A DNA stretch of 64,000 nt, from the NCBI GenBank assembly GCA_963780345.1, contig CAWABU010000002.1:595512-659511 (forward strand). Reading direction: 5' to 3'. Source of the stretch: an uncultured Acidimicrobiaceae bacterium. GTDB taxonomy: Bacteria > Actinomycetota > Acidimicrobiia > Acidimicrobiales > Palsa-688. The translations under genes were made by a program, and so were the position numbers. This document shows, piece after piece, positions 9,443 through 19,706 of this stretch; positions within the stretch are counted from its first letter, which is position 1, and every line of letters starts with the position of its first letter. The notes beneath the pieces are model-generated. The model worked only from the letters and a program-made list of their open reading frames with translations, was not told where the DNA came from and did no database searches.

Positions 9443-10510
9443 CTACCGCGCGCCATCCGGAAACCCCTCGTCACCCGGCTCGAGCTGGACGCCGTAGGCA
9501 TTAAGGGACATTGAGGTGGACCGGTACGAACTGGCGGTGAAGACCGCGCTCATTGCCCCGGCGAGTCCGTAGCGGTCGAGGATGGCGTCCCACGTGTCGT
9601 CCGACACCCTCGAGTCCTGGTGGAGATCGTCGGACACGCGCATCAGCACGGCGTCCTGGTCGGAAACAAGCGGCGCCGTTGGCCCGGTGGCTACCAGCCT
9701 GGGGTCTATGCCGTGGTCGCGGGCGTGTCCAACGCTACCGACATGCTTGGCCCACTCGTATTCTGCCTGGCAGTCCCAGCCAATACGCAAAATCAATGTC
9801 TCTCGGTCGTGGGGCGATAGAGGCGAGTTCGCGGTAATAAACGCGGCGCGCGGCCGACGCGCCTCGGCCATGACCGGGTGGCGAGCAAAAGTCCGTAAAA
9901 CGGCGATGCCTTTGCCCTGGATCGGCTCGATACGCGCCCTGGTCAGCGCCGGCTGGCGGCGAGGGACGGGCGGGCGGTCCGCGGGCGGAAGAGCCCAGCT
10001 TGAGGAGGCCGGCGGGACGTCGAACGAGCGAGCCAAGCAGCACAGGAACGACGCGTGGGCGACCGTCTCGACGGCATCCATCACCCAGGTGACGCCGGCG
10101 TGGTCGCCGACGAGGTTCGACCAGGTCGAGTCGGTCACAGACGTGTTCAACACCAGCTCGTCAGCGAGTCGAAGCAACTGCTGGTCCGCCAGGTCACTCC
10201 GGTCACTCTGACCCACCAGACGCGCCATATCAGGGAATTCGGCACCTGCGAGGGCCGCCAGCCCGGCCCACACCGCGTCGCTTCTTTCCAGCCAGGCCGT
10301 TCGCAGGCTGAGGAGGTGACGGTCCCTAGGCGACAGCGACGACTCCTCGATGACGTAGCGGGTCATGGGCAGCACGGCCTCGACCATCTCGGGCACGTGC
10401 AGGAGAGTCGCGATAAGGGGGTCGACGGGGTCATCCGGGGCGAGTCGGGCCAGGACGTCCCTGTGGATGTCCTGCCACTCCTCCTCGGGCAGAGGACGCA
10501 CGCGCGGCAT
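9443..10510 (-). CDS. carboxymuconolactone decarboxylase (AhpD-like) family protein, two tandem CMD domains
   Basis: N-terminus MPRVRPLPEEEWQDIHRDVL and two repeats of the CMD pattern (SPRDRHLLSLRTAW, SPHDRETLILRIGW). The ORF track extends it upstream to 11104 with non-protein-like sequence, so the ATG at 10508-10510 was chosen. Confidence 0.7.
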   Translation of the reverse strand: MPRVRPLPEEEWQDIHRDVLARLAPDDPVDPLIATLLHVPEMVEAVLPMTRYVIEESSLSPRDRHLLSLRTAWLERSDAVWAGLAALAGAEFPDMARLVGQSDRSDLADQQLLRLADELVLNTSVTDSTWSNLVGDHAGVTWVMDAVETVAHASFLCCLARSFDVPPASSSWALPPADRPPVPRRQPALTRARIEPIQGKGIAVLRTFARHPVMAEARRPRAAFITANSPLSPHDRETLILRIGWDCQAEYEWAKHVGSVGHARDHGIDPRLVATGPTAPLVSDQDAVLMRVSDDLHQDSRVSDDTWDAILDRYGLAGAMSAVFTASSYRSTSMSLNAYGVQLEPGDEGFPDGAR

Positions 10511-11297
10511 AGGCGAGTCTGTCGCAGAGATCCTGCAGCTGCACGGCAAATGCACTGAAACTGGTCCCGCCATCCTCATCCCTCGCCCTTTCGACTGGCG
10601 ACGGGAGCCATTTGAAGGAGACGGCATCCCAGCGGGCGGCAGCAGCCTCCGGGGATGAGAGCGTTCCGCCATCGTGTCGCCGATGACATTGAAAGGCGGC
10701 AGAGGTTCTCGACTCGTCGGTCGCACCGCCGGGCCGGAGGCGAAGGCGGGGCCCGCGTCATCGGTGCACTGTTGGAATAGGGGGCCGGTCCAGTCGTTGC
10801 ATAACCGGCATGCCGCAGGCGGGTGACGGTCTCGGTTTGCTTCGCCTGCCGACAGTCGGAAGTACCCACCCGCGAGCCCGCGAAGACTGACGCCCGACAA
10901 GCGGCAGAACCGGCCTTTTAAGCTCCTGACCGCGAGGACGAGGGGTCCCATTCGCCTGGAGGACCCGAGTCCGGTGTCAGCCCCCCGAATCGAGTTCGCG
11001 GGAGACCTGGCGACACTGTTGCCCACGGCCTGATCGAGGTTGAGATGGCGGCCAAGTTCCGGTCGTGTCCCCCGCCAGGCGACACGACCGAGCTCCGGGC
11101 ACATCGTTATGTAGAGCGCTGGACGAGCGGATCATTTTGTTCACTGGACATGTCGCCCGGTGTTGCTTTTCGTCCTGAGCCGTATCGAGGCATCGCCTTG
11201 GCCGCGATGGAGCGACAGGCCAAACCCAACACTTAGCCATGGTGGGATGTGGTGCACTCAATCGTTAGGCAAGCCGCCTACCAGGGGGGCCTTTGTG

Positions 11298-11370
11298 AGC
11301 CCGAGAGCGGAATCGAACCGCTGACCTACGCATTACGAGTGCGTTGCTCTGCCGGCTGAGCTACTCGGGC
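11298..11370 (-). tRNA. tRNA-Thr (anticodon CGU)
   Basis: Manual cloverleaf: acceptor GCCCGAG/CUCGGGC, D-stem GCUC/GAGC, anticodon stem ACGCA/UGCGU with loop CUCGUAA, T-stem AGCGG/CCGCU with loop UUCGAUU, discriminator U. CCA is not encoded. Confidence 0.85.
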
Positions 11371-11455
11371 CTGAGCTGCTCTTTTATGCTTAACTCACCC
11401 GACGATAGCACCTCTTGGACATGCTTTTGGACGTATGCTCGGTTCGGAGGAGAAG

Positions 11456-12607
11456 ATGCGAGGCTCGCTCAGCGAATGGGGTGGTCCAGGCAGCGGCAAG
11501 TGGAAGTTGCGGGTGTACACCGGTCGGGACAGTCGCAACCGGCCGAGCTACCTGTCGCGCAATTTCACCGGTTCCCGGCGCCAAGCCGAGAGCGCGCTGA
11601 GCAAGCTCGTTGCCGACGTCGAGCGAAGGCAGGCGACCACCAACCATGGTGGCAGCGTACGCGACCTGCTCACCCGCTGGCTCGCCGATATCGAGCCCAC
11701 CCACTCCCCCGGGACCATGCGCGAGCACCGGCGCAGCGTCGAGCGCAACATCCTCCCTGCCATCGGATCGGTACGCCTCGATCGACTCACGGCCCGGCAC
11801 CTTGACGACCTCTACCGGTCGCTGCTCGCCCGGGGGCTCTCCCCCGCCTCCGTCCGGCGTCATCACGCCATCCTCTCAGCGGCGCTCCGGCGGGCGGTGA
11901 AGTGGGATTGGCTGGCAAGCAACCCGGCGGACCGGGCTTCACCTCCGGGGATCAGACGTCACTCGACAACTACACCTTCGACCGAAGCCGTCCAGCACCT
12001 CGTCGTTGCCGCCCAGGAGGAGGACCCCCTACTCGCAGCTGCCATCGTGCTCGCAGCCGTGACGGGGGCTCGTCGAGGAGAACTGTGCGCTCTTCGCTGG
12101 TCGGACGTGGACTGGGGGCGCCGCACGCTCGCCGTGGCGCGATCCCTCACCGTCATCGGCCGACAAGCCAGCGAACGCCCAACGACGACCCATCAACGAA
12201 GGGACGTCGCCATTGACGACACGCTCTGCGCCTTCATCGCTCAACGACAGGTCGAGCAGCGAGCCTACGCAGAGACGGTCGCCGTGGAACTCGTCAAGGA
12301 CCCGTATCTTCTGAGCCGCTCGTCGGACGGGGCCATGCCTTGCCTGCCCGACGGGCTCACGCACGCATACAGTCGACTCGCTACCAAGATCGGCGTGGGC
12401 GGGCACTTCCACGAATTGCGGCATTACGCCGCCACGACATCCATAGCATCGAGAGCCGACGTAAATACCGTTGCCGGCAGACTTGGCCACGCCGACCCAT
12501 CGACGACGTTGCGCATATACGGGGACGCCCTCGAGGCCAGAGACCGCGAGCTAGCGGGCATGCTCGGGACGACCGTTCTCGAACCCGTGAACGGCATGGG
12601 CAGGTGA
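11456..12607 (+). CDS. int: tyrosine site-specific recombinase (phage-type integrase)
   Basis: Catalytic signature R..HELRHYAAT (HxxR) and LGHADPSTTLRIYGD (Tyr nucleophile). The N-terminus has the actinophage-integrase style MRGSLSEWGG..KWKLRVYTGRD. The start could also be 11435. Confidence 0.85.
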   Translation: MRGSLSEWGGPGSGKWKLRVYTGRDSRNRPSYLSRNFTGSRRQAESALSKLVADVERRQATTNHGGSVRDLLTRWLADIEPTHSPGTMREHRRSVERNILPAIGSVRLDRLTARHLDDLYRSLLARGLSPASVRRHHAILSAALRRAVKWDWLASNPADRASPPGIRRHSTTTPSTEAVQHLVVAAQEEDPLLAAAIVLAAVTGARRGELCALRWSDVDWGRRTLAVARSLTVIGRQASERPTTTHQRRDVAIDDTLCAFIAQRQVEQRAYAETVAVELVKDPYLLSRSSDGAMPCLPDGLTHAYSRLATKIGVGGHFHELRHYAATTSIASRADVNTVAGRLGHADPSTTLRIYGDALEARDRELAGMLGTTVLEPVNGMGR

Positions 12608-12866
12608 GGGCATGGCCAGTCCGACCAGGGCCCCGCTGCAGGCCAAAGGGGAAGCAGGGGTCATCATGGCATCGGTAACTCCGAAACGCCGGAGGAATTC
12701 AGGGCAGACGGGCCTCGGACCGGGTCGACGGCCGGGATGGTAGAGATGGCAAACGGGTTCAATCCGCTGCCGCTCCGATCCGATGCGGACTGCGGGCGGC
12801 CCCAGGCTAACCCATCGCCACCCCCCGGCGGTTCCCGATCGTCAACGTCTCGTTGATACGCCATGA

Positions 12867-13424
12867 CCCTGCCTTTTCGGCACCGCGCCGGATGCCCAGG
12901 TGCCAACGTTGGGAGCCAGCGGCGCCATCGCCGCCGTCCTGGGCGCCTTTTTCGTTCTCTGTCCACGCGCCCGGGTCCGTACCTACATCTTTCCGGTCTT
13001 TCTGATCTGGATTCCGGCCTGGATCTTTCTCGGACTGTGGTTCTTGTACCAGCTCGTCGCAGCCAACTTCGGGCTATTCAACGCCACGGCCAACGAGGGA
13101 GGCGTGGCCTTCTTCGCCCACGTAGGTGGATTCGGCTTCGGCCTGCTGATAACAGCGATCCTGGTTCGGACCGACGAGTCGCACCCAGCAAGTCTCGGAC
13201 TCGGTCACGTGGCCGCCTCGGTGCCGAGGAAGGCGCCGGCGCCTCGGGGCGGATTTCGCGGGCCGACGTTGAGCAGGCGCCACCGCCTACTCTGCCTTCT
13301 TGGCCGTTCGTTTTACCTTGAGCAGAGGAGGCCGGATGAAGCTCGAGACACTCAACGTGAGAGCCGAAGGAGCCGTTCTCTTCGTCGAAATCAGTGCCCC
13401 TCCAATGAATCTTCTGGGACCTGA
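12867..13424 (+). pseudogene. rhomboid intramembrane serine protease, 5'-truncated remnant (lacks TM1-3)
   Basis: Contains the GASGAI (GxSG) helix and the catalytic AHVGGFGFGLL His helix, but the frame is closed by a stop at 12864, so about 100 N-terminal residues are missing. The C-terminal 70 aa are Arg-rich nonsense-like. Confidence 0.55.
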
Positions 13425-14157
13425 ACTGGTCCGGGATCTCATCTCGCTCATCATCGATGCCGAGGCCGACGACAGTTGCGAGGTGCTGGTATTCACAAGC
13501 GCCGACCCCGACTATTTCATCTCCCATGTCGACGTAACCCGGATCAAGGAATATCGGGCCGAAGCGGCACGACTGACCGGCGAACCTTCGATCGCCTTGT
13601 TGTTCCGCCGCCTGAGCGCCAGCCGGCTCGTCAGTATCGCCCAGATCGAGGGCCGAGTGCGAGGAGCGGGCAGCGAGTTCGTGCTGGCGTGCGATATGCG
13701 CTTCGCCGCCAGGGAGTCCGCGATCTTCGCCCAGTTCGAGCCGGCGTTCGGCCAAGTACCCGGGGGCGGCGCCGTTCAACATCTGGCGCGGCTCATGGGC
13801 CGCGCCCGTGCCCTGGAAGTGATGTTGAGCGCGGAAGACTTCGACGCCGAGCTCGCGGAACGGTACGGTTGGATCAACCGGGCGCTGCCCGCAGGCACGC
13901 TCGGAGGGTTCGTCAGATCGCTCGCGCTCCGGATCGGAACCTTCCCGGCCGGCGCCCATGTCGCCGTCAAGGAGCGAGTCAACGCCGTCGCACTTGCACC
14001 GGAACGGGACTTCCGACGCGACTCAGAGCTGTTTGGCGACAGCTCGGCCAGACCCGAGGTACAACGGCGGCTCCGCACGGCCATGGAGCGAGGCTTTCAG
14101 ACGCGCCATGGGGAACTCACCTTCGACCGGATACTCGGGGAGCCCGCTGACGGCTGA
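13336..14157 (+). CDS. enoyl-CoA hydratase/isomerase (crotonase) family protein
   Basis: Crotonase-fold pattern: FTSADPDYFISHVDV, QIEGRVRGAGSEFVLACDMRFA, oxyanion-hole Gly-rich segment. ATG at 13336. Confidence 0.8.
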   Translation: MKLETLNVRAEGAVLFVEISAPPMNLLGPELVRDLISLIIDAEADDSCEVLVFTSADPDYFISHVDVTRIKEYRAEAARLTGEPSIALLFRRLSASRLVSIAQIEGRVRGAGSEFVLACDMRFAARESAIFAQFEPAFGQVPGGGAVQHLARLMGRARALEVMLSAEDFDAELAERYGWINRALPAGTLGGFVRSLALRIGTFPAGAHVAVKERVNAVALAPERDFRRDSELFGDSSARPEVQRRLRTAMERGFQTRHGELTFDRILGEPADG

Positions 14158-14325
14158 TCCGAGAGTCGCGCCGCAGGACCGGCTGACGTCAATCGGCGTC
14201 TGCGACATTCGCCGGATGTGCTGTTCTGAGGGGTTCGGTCCGACAGGCAGAGCTCGTGAATCTCCGAGAGCGGTTGATTTGCACGCGCTCAGCGGCCGAT
14301 CCCATAGCCTGTTTATCAGCCGCAC

Positions 14326-15069
14326 GTGCGCAAGGGGAGGATCAGCGTGGCAGGCACCCAGCCGACAATCGAGCAACAGGCCGACACTGCCATCCATACG
14401 TTGTCCGCGGCTCTACCGGAAGCGGCGCTCGACGACCTGCGGCGCCGCATTCCAGCTACCCGCTCGCCGAAGGGGGAAGTCGTCAACGACCGGTCACCGG
14501 ACGGGCAACTGGCCGCCATGCAGGGGGTCTTGCACTATTGGGCGGACGAGTACGACCTGGGCCGGTTCCTGGAGAGGCTAAACGCCCTTCCCCAGTTCAC
14601 AACCGAGGTCGACAGCGTGACATCCACTTCTTGCACCAGCACGAGGAAGCACCGCCGCTGATCATGGCGCACGACTGGCCCGGCTATGGCTTCTCCGCTA
14701 TGCCCGCCGAGGTCGGCTGGGATCTGGGCCGGACCGCCCGAGCCTGGGCGGAGCTGATGCGCCGCCTGGACTACACCCGCTTCGTGGCAAAGGGCGGCGA
14801 CGTCGGGGCCGGCGTCACTGACGCCATGGGGAGGCCTACGGACCGGACGCTCCGGCGGCGCAAAACCACACGGCGCCGGCCGCTGTCCCGGTCGGCTTCA
14901 CCACGTTCCCCGGCGAGATCTGGAAGACCCCGCGGAGATGGGCCGAGACTGCCTACCCCACGCTCAATTACTTCCATCAGGCCGAGAGGGGGGGCCACTT
15001 CGCGGCCTGGGAAGAGCCGGAACTCTTCGCCGCCGAGCTGCGAGCCGCGTTCCAACCGACGCGTCGTTG
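14326..15069 (+). pseudogene. epoxide hydrolase, disrupted by frameshifts and internal deletions
   Basis: The EH N-terminal domain (..YWADEYDLGRFLERLNALPQFTTEVD) is in frame 1. HFLHQHEEAPPLIMAHDWPGYGFS and GGDVGAG (nucleophile region) are in frame 0. The C-terminus LNYFHQAERGGHFAAWEEPELFAAELRAAF is in frame 2. The total span is about 400 nt shorter than an intact EH. Confidence 0.7.
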
Positions 15070-15104
15070 ATTCCTGACCACGACAGGCAGAAGGAAGGGG
15101 AACC

Positions 15105-16728
15105 ATGAATTCACACCGCCCGCGGCGCCTCCGGCGAGCTGCGATAGTTGCGGCGTCGGCGGCCAGTTTCGGCGCAACCGTACTGGGCGTCGGCACCGCT
15201 GGCCCGGCGGCGTCCGCCGCGCCAGGCTCGGCCAACCCGGTCGTGCACGTTCATGGCGGCTTCGTCCGCGGGTCGGAAGCTGCCGGGGGTGGACTCGTTC
15301 CTGGGCTTGCCGTACGCCGCCCCGCCGACGGGGAACCTGCGGTGGCGCCCACCCGAGCCGCCGTCGGCCTGGTCTGGAGTCCGGGACGCCACGACCTTCG
15401 GTCCAAGCTGCCCGCAGGTACCCTTCCCACAAGACCCGTTCGCGCCGCCCGGCCCGATGAGCGAGGACTGCCTGTACCTCAACGTCTATGGACCACCGGC
15501 ACGCGGTGGCGATGAAGGCGGCCGTCCGGTGCTGGTGTGGATCCACGGCGGCGGCCTCGTCCAGGAAGGCGCCCGCAACTACGACGGCACGAAGCTGGCC
15601 GCCGACGGCGTCGTCGTGGTCACGATCAACTACCGCCTCGGCGCTCTTGGGTTCCTGGCCCATCCGGCGCTCGCCTCGCGGCCGGGGGCCGCGGCCGGCA
15701 ACTACGGCCTGATGGACCAGCAAGCGGCCCTGCGCTGGGTCCAGCGCAACATCGCCAGGTTCGGGGGCGACCCTCACAACGTGACCATCGCCGGCCAGTC
15801 CGCCGGAGGCCTGTCGGTGCTCGCCCAGATGGTCTCGCCCGGCGCCCGCGGGCTTTTCCAGCGAGCCGTCGTGCAAAGCGGGACGTTCGCTCTGACCCAG
15901 CAGCCGCTCGCCACGGCCGAGGCCGCCGGCGAGAAGTTCGCCGCTGACGTCGGGTGCCCGGACCAGACCGCGGCGTGCCTGCGCCGCCTACCAGCCAGCG
16001 ACCTGGTCAGCCCCACCGTCATCGAGATTCCCGGCGTCGTGGACGGACAGGTGCTCACCCAGTCGATCGGAACGGCCCTGGCTCGTGGCCAGTTCGCCCG
16101 GGTGCCGCTCGTCAACGGCATCACCCACGATGAGGAACTGCTCTTCGTCGACGGCCTCCAACTCACCGTGAGTCAAGGGACGGACGTGCCACTGGTAAAG
16201 CCACTGAGCTCCGCCACCTATCAGACCGACATCGCCGGGGCCCTCGGTGTAACAGACGCACGGGCTGCAGCGATCGCCGGCGAATACCCGCTCGGCGCCT
16301 ACCCGGGGCCGGATGTGGCCTTCAGCACCTTGATCTCCGACGCCAGCTTCGCCTGCTCGGCCCTGCAAGTCGACCGCTGGACCGCGGCGCGTGCGCCGAC
16401 CTACGCCTACCAGTTGAACGACGACCTGGCGCCAGTGAATATCCTTGGTTTCACCCTGGGCTTGGCGACGCACGGGGCAGAACTCCCCTATCTCTTCGAT
16501 CAGCCCAACCCCCCGTTCCCTGCCACGCTCACCGCTGACCAGGCGGCGCTCGCCGCCAGCATGCGCACCGACTGGGCCCGTTTCGCCCGCACCGGCAACC
16601 CGTCGTCGCGGGTGCTGCCCTGGCCGTCGTTCCACGGAGCCAGGGTGCTCTCGCTCGTGCCGTTGCACTCGCAGGTCACGACCAACTTCGCCACCGCGCA
16701 CCACTGCTCATTCTGGGCCGCCGGCTGA
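15105..16728 (+). CDS. carboxylesterase type B (pnbA-like), apparent +1/-1 frameshift near the 5' end
   Basis: The signal peptide and ANPVVHVHGGFVRG are in frame 0 (15105). The rest (FLGLPYAAPPTG, EDCLYLNV, FGGDPHNVTIAGQSAGG nucleophile elbow) is in frame 1 from about 15280. It is intact from 15148 onward. Confidence 0.8.
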
Positions 16729-16795
16729 ACCACCGGACCGCATGACGAATATGACCGACAGAAGCCGCTACGCAGCTGTGACGCGGTGACGCCGA

Positions 16796-17662
16796 TCAGA
16801 CGAATTCGGCGCGGTACTCTTGAAGGAATTCGGCCACAGAGCGTGGGGGGCGGCTCGTGATCTGCTGGAAGGTGCCGGTCGTGTAGTCGTTCTCATCGGC
16901 GAGGATCGCCCACTCGCGTGTGATGAGCAGTTCAGCCGAGCCCGCCGGAACCCCGGCCCCGGTCAGTCGCTCAAGGAACTGCCGCTCGGTCGCGACCCGG
17001 AAGGTGACGGGCTCACCAAGTTCCGCCGAAAGCAGCTCGAGTGACTCCGGCCAGGACATGGGCACCGGTCCCGTCAGATCGTGGTGGGCGCCCCACAGCG
17101 CCGGGTCGGTGAGCACCCGCAGACCGGCCTCAGCCGCGTCGCGATGGTCGATCAAGGCCATACGGCCACTGCCGGCAAGACCCGTCCAGGTGCGCGAGGC
17201 ACGCACCTCCGGCGCCGCGGCGAGCAGCGACGCCGAGAAGATCGCGGGGCGGATCGTCGAGTACGGCAGGTCGGTCGAGGTGGCAAACTGGTCGATGCTG
17301 TAGTGGGCTCGCTGGTTTATGCCCAGTGAGTCCGCGGAGGCGTTGAGCACTGATAGCCGGGTGACCTGCGCGATCGAGGAGATCCTGGCGGCGGCGTTGA
17401 TCGCGATCCTCTGCAGGACGCCCTCGACCCCGATAGATCCCATCGCGATAAACGCCGTGCGGATCCCTTGAAGTGCTTCGATAAGGTCGCGCCAGTCGTC
17501 CAGGCGGGTAGGGCGGATGTGCAGCCCGGCGGATTCACCGAAGGCGTTGCGAGCTTTGCCGGGGTCGCGAACGAGCGCCGTGACAACATCGCCGCGCGCC
17601 AGTAGGCCGCGTACGATCTCGCTGCCGACGCGGCCGGTGGCGCCGATCACTGCAGAGGTCAT
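16796..17662 (-). CDS. NmrA-like NAD(P)-binding oxidoreductase/regulator family protein
   Basis: N-terminal Rossmann motif VIGATGRVGSEIVRGLLARGDVVTALVRDP and NmrA-like length and layout. Confidence 0.75.
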   Translation of the reverse strand: MTSAVIGATGRVGSEIVRGLLARGDVVTALVRDPGKARNAFGESAGLHIRPTRLDDWRDLIEALQGIRTAFIAMGSIGVEGVLQRIAINAAARISSIAQVTRLSVLNASADSLGINQRAHYSIDQFATSTDLPYSTIRPAIFSASLLAAAPEVRASRTWTGLAGSGRMALIDHRDAAEAGLRVLTDPALWGAHHDLTGPVPMSWPESLELLSAELGEPVTFRVATERQFLERLTGAGVPAGSAELLITREWAILADENDYTTGTFQQITSRPPRSVAEFLQEYRAEFV

Positions 17663-18152
17663 GATGTCTCCTTTCGGTCATGCTCGATCAGCTGCGCCGC
17701 CGACAACACGGCCGCTGCCCTGAAGGCAGCGACCATTGCCCGCTACTTCGGGTTGCGACCAACATTCAGGCCGCGTGTCAAACCAGTCTCAAATGTACCG
17801 TCGCAGTTTGCAAGCGACGGCCTCGCGGTGGGCGGGTGCCGCAGGCAGCGCGGGTCCTGCCCGGCCACGGGCCCTCGACCAGGATCGGGACTGAAGCATC
17901 CCTACCTGCAGGAGTGGACCGACCGGGTCTGGTAGACCGCGCCGGCCGGCGCCAAGAAGGGCAACTGTACCTCGGGGAGCTGCGGTTTGCGGCCTTCCAT
18001 CCAGTTCCTTGCGCCTGGCAACAATGGAGCCTCCCTCAGTCGCCCCGACAAATCTTTCGCTGACAGCGTCATGGCTAGCGCCTCGCTAACGGTGGTGCGG
18101 CAACCTGAGCCTGCCTTAGACGGCAGGAGAAGAAAGGAAGCGGGAGGTCGCG

Positions 18153-19706
18153 ATGACCCACAGTGCCGGGCTTGGCCCGTTGTTCGACGCGGCGGCCGGT
18201 GAGACAGAAGACGTGGTGTCATTCGACGGTCGGGCCTCGGCCCTCATCTCACAGTTGCCGTGGGCGGTGCCGCCGAGCGATCCGCGCGTGTGGGCCCATC
18301 GGCGTGAACTTGACCAGACGGTCCGGCGCCTGGCCGAGGAGTACGTGGCCGGGCAGATCCGTGCCGTGGCCTCGACGGGCGAGGCGCTGCTCCGGCTGGC
18401 CGACGATGACTCATTCCGCGCCGCCGCCGACCGCGCCCAGCGGCCGGCCCAGCTCGCCGGACGGGTGCTGCGGCCAGACGGGATTCCCGCCGAACGCCTG
18501 CAGGTGAGCTTCGGCCGTGGCGTCTCCGTGTCGGGTCCGATCCCCACGGCGTTCAGCGCGGCGGACGGTTCGTTCGTGCTGTCGGTGCCGTCGGACCTGC
18601 GGGAGGCGTCGAGTGCCGCGCCGGCGTTGGTGGTAACGGGAGCAATCGGCAGCGAGGTTATCTCGGACGCCCTGGCCGAGCTTCAGCCCAATGGATTTCT
18701 CGGTTCCCTTCGCCTGGCCCGGCAGCTGGACCCGCTGCCGCTGTCACTGCTCGGACGCCTCGAGACCATGGTGCAGAACACCACCTCCCTGACCGAGCAG
18801 GCGCCGCAGCACGCACAGCCGTCCGTGCTGATCGGCGAGGACGAATGCGAGATCGTCTTTCGCAAGGACACCTCGCTGGACCGCTTCCAGTTCCCGGTGT
18901 TCTTCCGGCTCACTGATCCGGCGCTGAGCGAGCCGACACTGGTGTACGGGCCGCGCAAGGGGCACGCCAAAGCCGGCCTTCCGCAGCTACCGGTGTACGG
19001 GCCCTACTCGCCGGCCACAGCCCTGATGGGTGGAGCCCAGGAGCTCGAGCTGCATCTCGCCGAGCGCGTGCCGATCGATCGTCCCGTGTCGGTTGACGCG
19101 TTCCGCGAAGGGCTCGCCAAAGTAAGGCCCGGGTGGTGGAACGGGGTGCCGATTGCGTCGTCGCTCGCACTTGGATATGTCGTGCAAATGGCGCAGCGTT
19201 GGACGCCGCTCGGTCTCGCACTCGGTGATCTCGTCTACTCCCTGCCACTCGCGCCCGGCGAGCAGCAGCGCGTTGCGGTCATCGAGCGAACGGCGACCTC
19301 CACCGTCCTGGAGAGCGAGACACTCGAACAGACCGAGGAACTGAGCTTCAGCGAGCAGGACGACACTTCGACCGCGGCAACCTTTGCCTCTGCGTACCAG
19401 GAGGCCGCAGGCGGCGGCAGCAGCTACGCCAGCGATGCCAGCTCGTTCGCCGCCGCGGCGGCGGGCGGGATCGGCGGCGTGTTCCCGTTCGGCGCCGCGG
19501 GGGGAGGTGTCTCCACCAGCTACGGCAGCGCCCAGGCCAGTGGCCAGACCGAGACGTGGATGTCCGGGACCCGGTCCGCGACATCGGACGCGGCCGAGCA
19601 AACGCAGCCGCGACCGAACGCCAAGCGGTCGGTCGGCGCCAGGCGGCGCGAACCGGGATGCGGATGGCCACTGCGACAGAGAACGACGCCGTCACTACCA
19701 AAGTGA
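18153..19706 (+). CDS. hypothetical large protein, gene 1 of the unknown operon
   Basis: 517-aa ORF with strong codon bias and an SD GGGAGG 8 nt upstream. No signal peptide. Central Cna-B/CarboxypepD_reg-like segment (GRVLRPDGIPAERLQVSFGRGVSVSGPIPTAFSAADGSFVLSVP). Gly/Ser/Ala-rich C-terminal third. No family recognised. Confidence 0.6.
   Translation: MTHSAGLGPLFDAAAGETEDVVSFDGRASALISQLPWAVPPSDPRVWAHRRELDQTVRRLAEEYVAGQIRAVASTGEALLRLADDDSFRAAADRAQRPAQLAGRVLRPDGIPAERLQVSFGRGVSVSGPIPTAFSAADGSFVLSVPSDLREASSAAPALVVTGAIGSEVISDALAELQPNGFLGSLRLARQLDPLPLSLLGRLETMVQNTTSLTEQAPQHAQPSVLIGEDECEIVFRKDTSLDRFQFPVFFRLTDPALSEPTLVYGPRKGHAKAGLPQLPVYGPYSPATALMGGAQELELHLAERVPIDRPVSVDAFREGLAKVRPGWWNGVPIASSLALGYVVQMAQRWTPLGLALGDLVYSLPLAPGEQQRVAVIERTATSTVLESETLEQTEELSFSEQDDTSTAATFASAYQEAAGGGSSYASDASSFAAAAAGGIGGVFPFGAAGGGVSTSYGSAQASGQTETWMSGTRSATSDAAEQTQPRPNAKRSVGARRREPGCGWPLRQRTTPSLPK

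Noticed and set aside
10511-11104. Upstream 198-aa extension of the CMD-family ORF (9443-11104)
   Set aside because: Low-complexity junk translation. A conserved CMD N-terminus begins at the internal Met (10510).
12738-12770. GGTTCAATCC motif resembling a tRNA T-loop, considered as an att-site remnant
   Set aside because: The flanking bases do not form a T-stem or acceptor stem and do not match the tRNA-Thr 3' end.
19556-19657. Annotated start MDVRDPVRDIGRGRANAAATERQAVGRRQAARTG of ORF 19556-22651
   Set aside because: The sequence is non-protein-like and out of frame with the end of gene 1. The internal ATG at 19658 gives a clean start with protein-like sequence.
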